This document shows positions 13,486 to 27,233 of a DNA stretch of 64,000 nt, one piece after another (the first letter of the stretch is position 1; every line of letters starts with the position of its first letter). The stretch lies in NCBI GenBank assembly GCA_051294905.1, contig CM119371.1, forward strand, positions 21,454,001-21,518,000, read 5' to 3'. The notes below the pieces were generated by a model. It did not search any database. It was not told the origin of the DNA and saw nothing but the letters and a program-made list of their open reading frames with translations. Made by a program: the position numbers and the translations under genes. Origin of the DNA: Botryllus schlosseri. Lineage: Eukaryota.

Positions 13486-15159
13486 GTTTAAAACATGTTT
13501 TAAACAGTGTTCCAAACATAGGCCTTTTGAAAAAAAGTGTTTTGGTCAAGTTGTAAAATTATGCCATATTTGTGTAAACACTTCCCGAAAAAGAAGTTGT
13601 ATGAGCCTACGGACACTTACCACCCGATTAAGCCGACGTAAGTTGATATGGGATGATTGGAACCCTCAGAATAGTCGGTCCAACAGTTATAGTATAGATA
13701 TTTCGTCAAAGGAGCTATATTTACCCTATATTTTAAATTGCCAATGTCAAATCATTATGACATCACAGTTGAATATTCGTGACGTCATGGCTTGTTAGAA
13801 AAACGGTAAACAACTTGTTTTAAATACGGGCCTTGTTTTAAACATGTTTTTAAAAATTTATTTTTGATTCAATGCAACCCTGGCTGTGGGGGTCCTCTGT
13901 CCGATCTAGAAATTCCAGAATTCCAATATAAGCGCTGGACGTTTATCTAGGTTATTTTTCGTCATCTCATCCGTCATCTCATCTCATCCAATAGTTCTCA
14001 AACTGGGGGCGCGTTTCCTTTTGGGGGCGTGAAAGGATCTGACGAGGACGCTAATCTGCGATGATCTGAAAAAAATGCGCTGAGCGTGAATTAGGCCTAC
14101 CTCCGATTCGTTGTTCTGGCTCTGTGTATAGTGCAAATTTCATATTTGAAAATTCTCTCATCAAAAGTCATAATCTTCCATGCAATCAAACCATTCGTTT
14201 GGGTTGCTGGTATTTTGATTGAAAATTGATATTTGCCAATTAAAGGAGCGAATTTTTTCACTATCATAAAGGGGGGCGTGTCTAAAGAAGTTTGAGAACC
14301 ACTTGTGTTTGCGGTGTCTTTAAAAGAAATCATAGAAGTGGGTCGTGCTACAACTCGGCTGCTACGGAATAAACATGAAGAAAATTGCCCTGTTGTAAAT
14401 GACAACAGTAGTCGACAAACACTGTCAATACCACAAATAACAAGCACTACAACATATCATATCGTAGAATAACCTCAAATAAAATACGAATGTATCATGT
14501 GTATCGGTTGATTTACTGGGTTACTAACCAAACAACTGATGAGGGTTTGATCAACGATATTTAATCATTCACATCAGATGCTATCATACGTATCTGATCA
14601 TGAAAATATAGTTAGGAGTCCATGGATCAATCACAGCATCGTTAGAATGCGTAAACCGAATGGCACAGATTTTTACTCGCCTGCGCCTGCTAAGTAGGGC
14701 TGGACACAATGATTCGAGTACTCGAATCTGAATCGAGTATCAATTTTAATGATTCGAATCGAGTAGTAAAAGGCGATTTTTTCGAGTACTGAAATAATAC
14801 GCTCCTCGCCACTGAAAGTTAATTTATCAACGAGAATTATCGGTACGATACTAATTTTCACTGTTGAAGCCTTGAAGCCTTGATTGGCCGTATAGTAGCA
14901 TGCGAAACATATAGTACACAAAAATGTTGTGAGAAGACCATGACTTCAGAAATGTGCTATTTCCAGTAACGTTCGTAGCTTTGTACTATATGTTCGAGGA
15001 GGGTTGGTTCGATTTGATTGAAATGAGGTCAGTCTCATGTTTGAAATGAGGATAGTCATGTCAGAAATAAGGATAGTCATGTTTGAAATAAGGATAGTCG
15101 CTATATTCACTATAAAGTCAGTTGCAGTACCAGGCACGACTTCCCAGTGGTAACCCAGT

Positions 15160-15890
15160 CCGAACACATCCCAGACATGATGTCCGAACACGCCCCAGAC
15201 ACGATGTCCTAGCGTCAACTCAGTCCTAACACACCCCAGACATGATGTTCAAACACGCGCCAGACACGATATACGAGTGTCAATACAGGCCTGACACGCC
15301 CAAGACACCATGTATGAATGGCAACACAGACCGAACACGCCCAAGACACGATGTCCGAGTGTCAACTCAGATCCGAAAACAACCCAGACACCATGTTTGA
15401 ATGGCCGAACATGCCCCGGACGCGATGTCAGATTGGCAGCACAGGCCGAACACACCCCAGACATGATGTCCAAACACGCCGCAGATACGATGTCCGGGTA
15501 TCAACACAGGCCGAACACACCCAAGACACCATGTCGGAATGGCAACACGGACCGAACACGCCCCAGACACGATGTCCGAGTGTCAACTACGTCCGAACAC
15601 GACCCAGATACCATTTTTGAATGGCCGAACACGCCCCAGACACGATGTCCGATTGCCATCACAGGCCGAACACACCCCAGACATGATGTTCAAACACGCC
15701 TCAGACACGATGTCCGAGTATAAACACAGGCCGAACACGCCCAAGACACCATGTCCGAATGGCAACACAGCCCGAACACGCCTCAGACACCATGTTTGAA
15801 TGGCAATAGCACAGGCCGAACACGCCCCAGACACCATGTCCGAGTATCAACACAGGCCGAACTCGCCCAAGACACCATGTCCGAATGAAT
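15160..15890 (+). repeat. GC-rich minisatellite (left arm), ~21/38-bp units
   Basis: Repeated CCGAACACGCCCCAGACAC motif; source of the spurious ORFs in this interval. Confidence 0.9.
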
Positions 15891-16256
15891 AATAGACCAT
15901 GATAATGGGAATTTTATCGAGCAATCATTCCGAACGATGCCGATTTCCAGATTTCAGACTTGGACGGCTATATTTCTGGGTGGTTCCGTTGACCTGCCAG
16001 CTTTAAAATTGTATTTCCGGAATAGCTTTCGATAAAGATCGGTATTGTTAAATTGGAGTTTCAAAATTTATGTATGAGTTCGGCCAATACTAATGTCCCT
16101 TGCATTTATTGCGGGTCGCCTGTGTTTGCCGCTGGGATCATTTGACAAGGACAGGAATATTTGGGGCTCACACATATAAATATCGATGGTTCCTGCTTAC
16201 ACGTCTATAATTGCAAGCGCAGATGCAAAAAAGGATGTTGGACGACACGTTCTCTC

Positions 16257-16635
16257 ATTGTATTGTATTGTATAGATAGGCACTACTGAGTGGGGCTTAT
16301 CGCCTTTCTAGGCCTTGTGCCCCACGACATGAATTTCATAAAGTTCATGGAGCTTTGCTTTGATTGTCTTGTAGGGAACGTCTTTATCATTCCCTCTCGC
16401 AGCCATCTTCATTGTCTCTCACTCCCATGCGTCCCCATCGTGGTCTCTGCTGCCGACTTATAGCACGGCTCACTTTCAGTCTGGACTCTTCAATGCACTA
16501 CCGTAGTAGTGAGGTCGGCGATGAGGAGCCCAAAGAAACCTCCGACACGTAGACGTTGGTCAGAACCGTGATTCGAACCAGCGACCATTGTTGTCGTGAC
16601 TACAGTGTTTAACCAAATGCGCCACTCGCTTCCCC
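16257..16635 (-). mobile_element. tRNA-derived SINE, second family
   Basis: Minus strand shows A box TGGCGCATTTGG, B box GGTTCGAATC and an (ACAAT)n tail. Confidence 0.8.
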
Positions 16636-17719
16636 ACTCGTTCTCACATAATTGCGAGTATATCAGACTCAATTCGGTAAATTTTCAGGAGGGCGTGCTA
16701 AAATCAAGAAATCGAGCGACAATAAATCGCGCTTAGTACTTAGAAAAATATCAGGTCAAATAAATCTACCACGAAGTATTCTACTTTATGATTATACACG
16801 AAGATCTACGAAAAACAAGGCGAGCCCCGAACTACGCCAATGCGTCGGAACTAATGCTTCAAGTTACCAACAACCCAAATTACGCGGGCAATCTAATCAA
16901 TTTGACCCTGCAAATTCACAAAAATTACATACTTTGTCGCGCCGATATATATAAACGTTATAAATTACATGGAATATTTATTATTTGATATTACAGCTAA
17001 TTTCGGGAATTATCTCGCGGGCCAGTCAAAATTTTCTCGCGGGCAACGGGTTGGCCGCCCCTGGCCATATATACATTCGTTCACTATTTATTCTCTTCAT
17101 TATTTTTGGCCTTATAAACGATGAGACGACGAGGCTCCTGTCTCAAGCAATATAGAACTTCTCAGATGCGGCATATTATTTGACAAGATTGCTATACCAT
17201 GATACGATGTCGAAATTTGCTGCGGTCTACTTAGGGGGAGCGGCATTTCCAACAAAAGTCATCACACGCTGCTACCAGTCACCCCCATAAGTAGGTATCG
17301 TTTTTAAACACCATTTCATTTACCACAAATACGGGAGCTATTCCACGCGGTGCTGGTGACAATTTCGCTGGGAAAAGTGATGCAGACTCACTAAATAACT
17401 ACTTTCTACTTTCGGAAACGTAAAGCAGTGAACCATTTTTCCAAAAACACATTCAAGCAGAAGTCGTTTATAATGAACTATACTCGAGTAAGTGGATAAT
17501 GTAAACAAAATCTATAGAGCACTCTAAAATAGTACCAGTAGTTTGTTACTCTTACTGACGAAGTCCGATGTTCTTGCTCTAAGCAAGATGCAACAAGAGG
17601 AAGATTTGAACAACTGATTAGTTCTCCTGCATAGACCCCTCAATATGATTCCTACAAGTTCGATCTAGTAGCTGACTGCACAAATGCACATGCACACAAC
17701 CCAACCGACTCGCTCAAGA

Positions 17720-19228
17720 AGCAGGTTTTTCTTAAAGAATTTAACGAAACGTCAGAAACAACATATGAAGATGAGTTATTTACAGTGGGCACAGGAACAG
17801 AAATGCACGACTTCAATGTTACGGCATGTGATAAGAATCCTATGGTTATGAAACACTTGAAACGTTGCAGGTTAGCAAATTTTTCCTAAAAATACTTGGG
17901 TACAGGCCCAAAAATGCACGAATTCCATGTTTCAGCAACGGATATGACTCGGAGGATATGAAACACTTCAAACAGTACAGGTTAAAACATACAATAAAAT
18001 CAAGAGCAATGCAACAATGCAGGTTAGCAAGTTCTTACTAAAAATTTAACGAAACAAAAAAAAGGTCAGAAACAACGAATGAAGATAAGTTATTTACAGT
18101 TGGCACAGGAACAGAAATGCACGAATTCAATGTCACGGCATGTGATAAGAATCATATGGTTATGAAACACTTGAAACGTTGCAGGTTAGCAAATTTTTCC
18201 TAACAATTCTTGAGTGCAGGCCCAAAAATGCAGGAATTCAATGTTTCAGCAGCTGATATGACTCTAGATCAGGGGTGGGCAAACTACGGCCCGCGGGCCG
18301 CATGCGGCCCTCCACACCGTCCTGTGCGGCCCGCGAGAGTCTGAAGAAATTTACAAAATATTGATAAAATGCATACTAATAATCGAATTAATGCAGGCAC
18401 TTGATTAAACTTTTCCACGATAATTCTCAGGCAGTGGTGAAAAATTTTTTGCGCTTCGCGCGATCCTCATCTCGTTCATAATTCTTGCTTTGCATTTAGT
18501 CTGAATTTCATATTTGAAAATCTCCCATCCACAGTCTTAACCTTCAATGGCACCAAACTGATGCTAAACATCACAGAAATCCTAAACGAGATTGCTATAA
18601 TTCGGATCACGAGGGTGATGTCAGATCGGCCACCCCAGTTTTAATTATATCAGTGATGTGCTTATTAAAAACGATCTCGTAGATACGATCTCTGTATGCG
18701 TGGAATTAGGGTATTTGTATTTTAGCTAGACATACCAGAAGCGTGTTGGAGGCTGACATGGTTATGATGCAGTCAGCATTATGTGTCCTGGAACTGAACC
18801 AAAAGTGGAATTATTAAATCTATGAGCAGATCGCTTTTCACAGATTTAAATTTCAATCCTGTTCTAAGAATCGGGAAAACCGACTTTTATTTCTATAGTT
18901 TTGACAAATTGGCTATTGAGGTCGACCAGCCTATGAAATCAAGCCACTGTTTCTGACGCGTGTACGATATCATCAAAGCAATGTTTGGTTTGTTTTAAAT
19001 AAGCATATATATGATCTCCATATCCTCACTATATCATCGAATACCAATATGGTGTCTTGGTTTATAATCCCAATTTTACATAGTGCGGCCCGCGAACGGA
19101 TTCAGATGTTGAATGCGGCCCGCGAGCTCAAAAGTTTGCCCACCCCTGCTCTAGATGTTATAAAACACTTCAAACAGTGCAGGTTAAAATATAAAATAAA
19201 ATCAAGAGCAATGCAACAATGTAGGTTG
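17720..19228 (+). repeat. ~310-bp tandem duplication with internal subrepeat, interrupted by hAT 18270-19148
   Basis: 17720-18020 is repeated at 18020-18269 plus 19157-19228. Confidence 0.75.
18270..19148. mobile_element. Charlie/Buster-like non-autonomous hAT
   Basis: CAGGGGTGGGCAAAC / GTTTGCCCACCCCTG; TSD CTCTAGAT. Confidence 0.95.
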
Positions 19229-20460
19229 AGGTGTGTTCGGCCTGTGCTGCCAATCGGACATCGTGTCTGGGGCATGTTCGGCCATTCAAACATGGTGTCT
19301 GGGTTGTGTTCGGATCTGAGTTGACACTCGGACATCGTGTCTGGGGTGCGTTCGGTCTGTGTTGCCATTCAGACATGGTGTCTTGGGCGTGTTAGGCCTG
19401 TATTAACACTCGGACATCGTGTCTGGCGCGTGTTCGGACATCGTGCCTGGGGAGTGTTCAGACATCATGTCTGGGGGGTGTTCGGTCTGTGTTGCCATTC
19501 AGACATGGTGTCTTGGGCGTGTTCGGCCTGTGTTGACACTCGGACACTGTGTCTGAGGCGTGTTCGGACACCATGTCTGGGGTGCGTTCGGCCTGTGTTG
19601 CCAATTAGACATCGTGTGTGGAGCGTGTTCGGTCTGTGTTGTCATTCAGACATTATGTCTGGGGCGTGTCGGCCTGTGTTGACACTCGGACATCGTGTCT
19701 GCGCCGAGTTCAGACATCATGTCTGGGGCGTGTTCGGCCTGTGCTATAGCCATTCAAACATGGTGTCTGAGGCGTGTTCGGTCTGTGTTGCCATTCGGAC
19801 ATGGTGTTTTGGGCGTGTTCGGCCTGTGTTTATACTCGGACATCGTGTCTGAGGCGTGTTTGAACATCATGTCTGGGGTGTGTTCGGCCTGTGATGGCAA
19901 TCGGACATCGTGTCTGGGGCGTGTTCGGCCATTCAAAAATGGTGTCTGGGTCGTGTTCGGACGTAGTTGACACTCGGACATCGTGTCTGGGGCATGCTCG
20001 GTCTGTGTTGCCATTCAGACATGGTGTCTTGGGCGTGTTAGGCCTGTATTGACACTCGGACATCGTGTCAGGCGCGTGTTTGGACATCATGTCAGGGGTG
20101 TGTCCGGCCTGTGCTGCCAATCGGACATCGTGTCTGGGGCGTGTTTGGACATCATGTCTGGGGTGTGTTCGGCCTGTGCTGCCAATCGGACATAGTCTGT
20201 GGGGTGTGTTCCGCCATTCAAACATGGTGTCTGGGTTGTGTCCGGACTGAGTTGACACTCGGATATCGTGTCTGGGGTGTGTTCGGCCTGTGTTGCCATT
20301 TGGACATGGTGTCTTGGGCGTGTTAGGCCTGTGTTGATACCCGGACATCATGTCTGGGGCGTGTTTGGACATCATGTCTGGGGTATGTTAAGACTGTGTT
20401 GACGCTAGGACATCGTGTCTGGGATGTGTTCGGACACCATGTCTGGGATGTGTTCGGACT
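19229..20460 (-). repeat. GC-rich minisatellite (right arm), inverted
   Basis: Repeated GTGTCTGGGGCGTGTTCGG motif. Confidence 0.9.
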
Positions 20461-20477
20461 TGGTTACCACTGGGAAG

Positions 20478-22095
20478 CAGTGTTGGGATGACTCGAGTCA
20501 TGACTTGACTCGAGTCAGACTCGAGTCACCTTTTTCGTATGACTTGACTTGACTCGAGTCACTTTGCTAAAATGACTTTACTTGACTTGACTCGGGGTAT
20601 CAGAAATGTGGATTGACTCGTGACTCGGAGCAAAATTCACGAGTCAATTTCAAGTCATCAAGTAATCGGTATCGATAAAAATCACTGTATCTTGCATATG
20701 GTCGGATTGTTCGCGAAACGCCAGCGTAACCCGTGAGAGTGAGCAATCATTGAATGATTCAATGATTTAATGAGCCTCCATTGTTCTCTCACAAATAAAT
20801 TAACCGCAAACGAGGTGATCGAAGCTTACAGCTTACGTTGTCGTAAACTAATTTAGTAAAGTAATTTAATAGCAAAATGTCTATTTCTGTTCTTGCCTTA
20901 ATCAAACCTTTTTTTTATATTGAATTCGAATATAGTTTATAGCCGATAGTTCTCAACCATTGGCACGGGCTGAAATTGCATCATATCAATTTGTAAGTGA
21001 GTAATGTATTGCATCTTATCAATTCGTTTCTCTATTCTGCTGGGAACTATAAACTGAGGCTATGCAATTACTTACGTAGTTTAACAGATCTACATATATG
21101 TGAGCGATACAGCGTGTATATTAGGGCTCTTCAAAAATGACTTTTTTCTCTAATCGTATTGGCTACTTGACAAAATTGTTAGGTTACCTAATTTAAGCCT
21201 ACACACAAAATTTGGTTCAATTCCAGCCAGTAACCGCTTTGCTACAAGTGAAGAAAGTTTCTATTTATTATATAAAAATAAATAATAAAAAAATTTGAAA
21301 ATTTTCTGTACACCCCATGAAAGTGTTTGGCTGTCTATAGAAACAATGCTCACCAAATTTGGTTCAATTCCAACCAGTGGAAGCGGAGTTATGGCCGTCG
21401 AAAAATTTGGATTTGAATAAAATAGTATTTACGGTGACCGATTCTTTGTTTATTTATTAAAGTTGTGCTAACCGTAAATACTATTTTATTCAAATCCAAA
21501 TTTTTCGACGGCAATAACTCCGTTTCCACTGGGAGGAATTGAACCAAATTTGGTGAGCATCATTTCTATAGACGGCCTAATACTTTTATGGGGTGAACAG
21601 AAAATTTTCAAATTTTTTATTATTTATTTTTATATAATAAATAGAAACTTTCTTCTCCTTAGCAAAGCGGTTACTGGCTGGAATTGAACCAAATTTTGTG
21701 TGTAGGCTTAAATTAGGTAACCTAACAATTTTATCAAGTAGCCAGTACGATTTGAGAAAAAAAGTCATTTTTGAAGAGCCCTAGTGTATATTTAACTCTA
21801 CATTTATTCATCGATTCACAATCAATGACCACTCAATCTGTATTTCAGACAGCTAGCAAAATGCAATGACCTAATCATGCCCCACTTTGAAAAGGCAACT
21901 TGACTTGAATTGTGACTTGACTCGTGACTTGACTTGACTTGACTCGACTTGACTCGAGTCACCTCCAAAAATCGGGTGACTTGACTTGACTCGAGTCACC
22001 TTCGAAAATCAATTGACTTGACTTGACTCGAGTCAAAATATGCAGTGACTCGAAATGACTCGTGACTCGAAGGTAGTGACTTGATCCCAACACTG
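20478..22095. mobile_element. hAT element with (TGACT)n subterminal arrays
   Basis: CAGTGTTGGGAT / ATCCCAACACTG; TSD CTGGGAAG. Confidence 0.95.
21122..21783. mobile_element. Second full copy of the TAGGGCTCTTC foldback MITE
   Basis: Highly similar to 11146-11806; TSD GTGTATAT. Confidence 0.95.
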
Positions 22096-23218
22096 CTGGG
22101 AAGTCGTGCCTGGTACTGCAACTGACTTTATAGTGAATATAGCGACTATCCTTATTTCTGACATGACTATCCTCAATTCAAACATGAGACTGACCTCATT
22201 TCAAAGAAATCTGACCTTATTCCAAACCAATCGAACCAACCCTGTAGAATCACTCAAATACTCGATTTTGCCCAGCCCTACTGCTAAGAAGTGCTCGTCG
22301 CACTGTACACGAACCCTCGCGATAGGTTAAAGTTGCTACAATATTATACTTCTGGTTCGTCTGATTGTAATAGCTAGATCAGAGGTCTCAAACTCAAATG
22401 TGCTCGCGGGTCAATTTCCTAGTTGTTGATGAGGCCGCGGGCCGAAGCATCGATAAATGGGATATTCAATGAATAATATCCAAGTAGGCCTTGAACCTTG
22501 CAGACAGGCATTCCACAAACATCGTGGAAATGTAAATTACTATCGCAACTTCACGGTTGATACGGGAAACAAAATCACATTTTAAAATATTTGAATAAAA
22601 TTTGTGCCGGGCTTAATTTTGTTGATTAATGAGTTATAGACATCACGTGATAGGGTGCAGCACGACACCGTAAAACTGTCAGGTTATAATATTGCAGCTA
22701 GTGATCCCTTGACGTGCCACAATTTTATGTGGAATATTTTAAAATCAACTGAAGATTGATCTGACATCAAAGAGGTGTAACCTAATCTTGGTTTTGATAT
22801 AGTCGTGATAAGTATATTGTTAGATTTCACCCTTGATTATTATTGGAATATATCAATAACAACTTTAATATAATCAATATTGAGCCATAGTAATAGCATT
22901 GCTTATCGACGTTTTCAGCGATCGTACCCCTTGTGCTTTTAATAAAATTTATCGTAGCCCCTGTCAATTTTCAACCCAATTTCTGATGGTACCTATATTA
23001 AAAGTAAAAAAAAAACATTCACCAAAATCCAGTTGAATTATTTGGCTAAGAAATTATTTCACAGCATATAGGCCCAATTCCACAATGCATCTCGTACACC
23101 CTGATGTGGTGCATCGTACCCCGATGTGGTCTACGGAGCCTTGTTAAGGACTCCTGGAATAGAAATCTCCAATCGGCTAATAATTCATTGGTGTTACAGC
23201 TGTAGAGCGTACTACTAC

Positions 23219-24962
23219 CAGACATGGGGTGATTACTTCATGAATGTAATCGATTTCGATTACGATTACTTCTGAATCACGCGATTACGATTACTATTAC
23301 GATTGCAGCAAAATCCCCGAGTAGTCGATTACGATTACGATTAAATTTGAAATGTAATCACGATTACTCGCGATTACATTGAGTTTGCTTTTTAGAACTA
23401 ATCTTCCGAGATATAGGATTGCAATGAAATTCGTAATGAGATAACGGATTTCGTTACAGAAATGCGTAATTTACTTGTTACGTCATAATCTACCCAAATC
23501 CGAACTTTATAGGGGACGATTTATCGCACCCAGCGATATGCATTTTGCCAGGTCCGTGACTGATGCGCCCCAAACTCCCCGATAGGATGGGGACGAGCCC
23601 AAAGGGGGCTCAAAAGTATTTCGTAAAACAACATAACTCAAAGGAGATTATGCGATATTTCATTAACTTGAGAATTTTCTTCGCGATTTAATGTCTCTAG
23701 ATAACTTGATTTTGAAATGCATACGTCTCTCCCTCAAGAAAAAGGCATGCCTAATTTATGGGAATTGATATTTCGGTGCCGGTCATTATCGCGCCACGAC
23801 AAACCAAGAGACATATGTATATTGTATAGTTTCGGCCAACATGCGACTCCACGAAGTGTGCTACCAAATAATAGCCTAGGCCAAAACTTTGAGTATGTGT
23901 CCGTTATCACAGCCGCGCTGGATGGGCGTGGCGGATAGTCCTGTCCTTCCAATCTGAGTCCCACAGCCTTCGGAGGAGCCCACTTAGGAATGACGGCATG
24001 GCAATTTGTTTGAGCGTCTCATGAAAATCTGCTACGTTTGGTTGACTACATTATATTTTGATTACATGACATACGAAAGGTCACGAATTAACAACATAAA
24101 ATATAGTAATACTAACAACTTAACAGATATTATAAATATGAATTACGTGCCCCCAGCCTCTCTACCGGTAAATCTGACTATCAGGGGCTGAGAGAGGATT
24201 AAAATGAATAGTAATATAATGCAAATACCTATATTCAGAGTAAACTCCGTTATCAACCTGAATAGTGACCACCTCATGGGTCCCAAGACCATCATTTGGA
24301 GTGAAAAGACGGGGGCGAATTGCTGTTTTGGTCTTGATTCTAGCCACAACCCAAGCTAACGTGGTGAATAAGGGGATTGCTATGGCGGCAGGTCCAAATT
24401 TCAAATATTTGCCCGGTGTAATTAAACGTACATAGGCTACATATAGGCCTACTGCCCGCCAAGCAACAACTGCCGTGCAGGCTGCGTTTAACTAATCATA
24501 ACCTGTCAACAATGCATAAGTTTCTATATGAAACTATAGGCAGCGTGGTGAATATTATCCTGCTGCGAGGTAGGCCTACTGGAGTCTGGGTTGTATTGAA
24601 AACCTGATATACAGCAAGACAGGCGTTTTTATAATGACTCTATAATGTACATCGAATATATATTCACTTGTTTGGATACTTCATACGCGAAGACGAACAA
24701 CGTTTGATATAGGCTACGTCTGACGTAATAACGAGCAGTGGCGTTTGAATATCAGACGTTTGTGCTACCAATAAACCTGGTATAATACCTCTTCCTTGTT
24801 CATGAATGTTCAATTTATGTCATAGTCCTTGTAAAAATAATAAGTAATCGTTCTTTCACAAAGAAATCGATTAGATATATGAAGTAGTCGATTACGATTA
24901 CTTGAAAATGCTGTAATCGTCGTAATCGATTACGATTACTAATCGCGATTACCCCATCTCTG
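23219..24962. mobile_element. hAT element with (GATTAC)n subterminal arrays
   Basis: CAGACATGGGGT / ACCCCATCTCTG; TSD ACTACTAC. Confidence 0.9.
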
Positions 24963-25274
24963 ACTACTACTACCTTACTCGCCACCGATAATAACATAGA
25001 TAAGGAGAGCAATAAACACCCAGCACGTAACCAACTATACGTCACGGGGGTCACAGAATACAAATGGTGGTCATACTGACCTGATTAGATATCTATATAG
25101 CCTACCCTACGCAACGCAAGCTACGACCTTTTGATATATTACTATTCCCCGTGACAGTTTCATATATTGTTGCGTCCGTAGGATTACCAGGTCACCGTTC
25201 CGAGTCGCAAGTCCTTCTTTGAATTAACGTTAGACCCGACTCAACTCGAGTCATTTTTATTTAATCACCCAGTC

Positions 25275-27079
25275 CAGTGCTTTTCAACCTGTGTGACGGT
25301 TCGCACTTGTGCGAATGAAAAAAATTGCAGTGCGAATGACGAAGGTGGTGCGAACGGTGCGAATGAAAATCCCGGATGAGTGCGAATGAAAATCGCGAAT
25401 GATAATTGTTAATTTTTCTGACCTGAAATATTTCAAATAGACCTAATAGGAAATTCAAGGGCAGTGTAACTTTTGTTGTTGCGACGCAATTGTAAAAAGT
25501 ACAGTATCATCCCGTCCGAGCCTGCGACAGGCTGAAAAAATGACGTCGAATTGACTTCCTGCTTTCCTTCGCTAAACAATCTTTCGTAATAACTGTTCGA
25601 TTAGTGCGAGACACGAGGATGGTAGTAAATAACATCATTGAAGACTCGCATTTGCAAGTTTTTGTAACGCAGATTTTTACCCCTTCAAGGGTTATGAAGG
25701 TATGGACCGCAAAGGGTATAATTTTTGGTGGACACGGTGCCAGAGCTATCTGTTAATGTGTATGTGATATTTGTTAAATTCATTGCAAAAAACCTGCGAT
25801 ATAGTTTTTACAAATCTAAGGTCACGGTGTTTGGTACTGTAGCCAGAAAATATGGCTTTATCATGATAAGATTTGTCCGACTGGTAAACATGGTCGATGA
25901 TGACCGTTGGGATGAACTAGTGTAGGGACTAGAGATGTGCAACGAGCGAGTTCAGGTCTGTGACACTCAGCCAGCCAGCCAGCCAGCCCCTTTTGCGTCG
26001 GGTTACATGAAGACGTAAAGTTCTGGTCAACAAACCTCTGATGTAAATGCGGTGCTAAAACATCGACAAAACCTTGGTCGAAAATGACCTATGCTGGATG
26101 GCCAAACCATTCGATATGGATATTCTCCGTTGTCGGCAGTGAATAGTCCCGTTCTTGCAATCTGAGTAGACTGCAGTAATACAACTGCGACACGTAGAGG
26201 AATTTAATTCACCCTAATTTGAGATCGCGTGCGTCATACATATTTTGTAGAGCTGTGTTGGATAGAATTGTGGTGTGCGCGTTCTGTATGTCATACATGT
26301 CCCATTGTCCGTAAAATCTTAACATATACTACTGTAATATTAAAAATGAATTCTTTTTCATGGGTGAGGCTCTGGTCGTGAGATGCGACAAAAACTCAGA
26401 TTTTGGTGTTAGTCCAAAAAGCTGCATTGACGTTATTAAACTGTTATGAATTCTCAAGTTAGATTAAGCTCAAGAGCAGAACACAGAGTATTGTGAGTTC
26501 AGTTGCTCTTCCCACATACTCGCGAGACAGAAAATGGGAATTCGAAAAAAAAGTTGGAGCAACTTATCATAAGGTAGCGAGCTCTAATATGCCTACTCTC
26601 CTTCATTGTTTGGACCTTATTTTCCAAAACATAATGCAAAAGCCTCAACACAAACAAGTGGGTTTTTCACCCTTTCGACATACTGGAGCCTAATAGAACT
26701 TTTTGTCAGCGCTCAAAATCGATTTCTTCCAGCAAGCATTTTTTAATTGTGAAAAAATACGTTGTATTTTGGATAGGAGTGCAGAACAGATTCTAAGACC
26801 TTGCCATCCAAGCACTAATAGACGTTCTTGTACAAAACCCAACAACGTGTTTGGACTGAAAGGGTTTTAGTGAAATTTTTGAAATCGAAACGAGCGAAAA
26901 TAGTAGCCTTTTTAATGAGACACTTGATAGCTTAAGACACACCAATTTGTTGCAAATCCGATCAAATAAATGTTGTATTTTCATATTCTTTCTGTATAAC
27001 AATTTTCGGTTTGTTTGTGCAAATGAAATTTATTTTACGAAAAAGTGCGAATGAAGCTTAAAAAGGTTGAAAAGCACTG
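25275..27079. mobile_element. hAT element with TGCGAATGA subterminal repeats; its right TSD is displaced by the 16-kb insertion
   Basis: Perfect TIR CAGTGCTTTTCAACC / GGTTGAAAAGCACTG; TSD ACCCAGTC at 25267-25274 and 43157-43164. Confidence 0.9.
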
Positions 27080-27233
27080 ACAGTATTATAGCCTGTCTTT
27101 ATACCCCCTCCAATCAGCGTCGAGTATTTGATCACGTGACATCTGTTAGCCAATCAGAATGCAGAAGGATGTGGGTTTGGTTCCAATACGAGAGAGGTTT
27201 TGGTTGAGCGAGAGATAGCATAGCTCCAGTCCA

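Larger units (their letters stand above)
15000..22243. mobile_element. Foldback-like element with long, internally repetitive TIRs
   Basis: 15000-15890 is the reverse complement of 19229-20477 joined to 22104-22243. The arms are built from CCGAACACGCCCCAGACA(C/T)GATGT subunits. No TSD found. Confidence 0.8.
14695..22280. mobile_element. hAT element (outer shell of a multi-level nest)
   Basis: TAGGGCTGGACA / TGCCCAGCCCTA ends; TCGAGTA/TCGAAT subterminal repeats; perfect TSD CTGCTAAG. Confidence 0.9.

Noticed and set aside
15160..20460. CRISPR-like array or protein-coding ORFs in the GC-rich repeats
   Set aside because: The linkers recur and are related rather than unique spacers, there are no cas genes, the context is eukaryotic, and the ORFs are by-products of the repeat.
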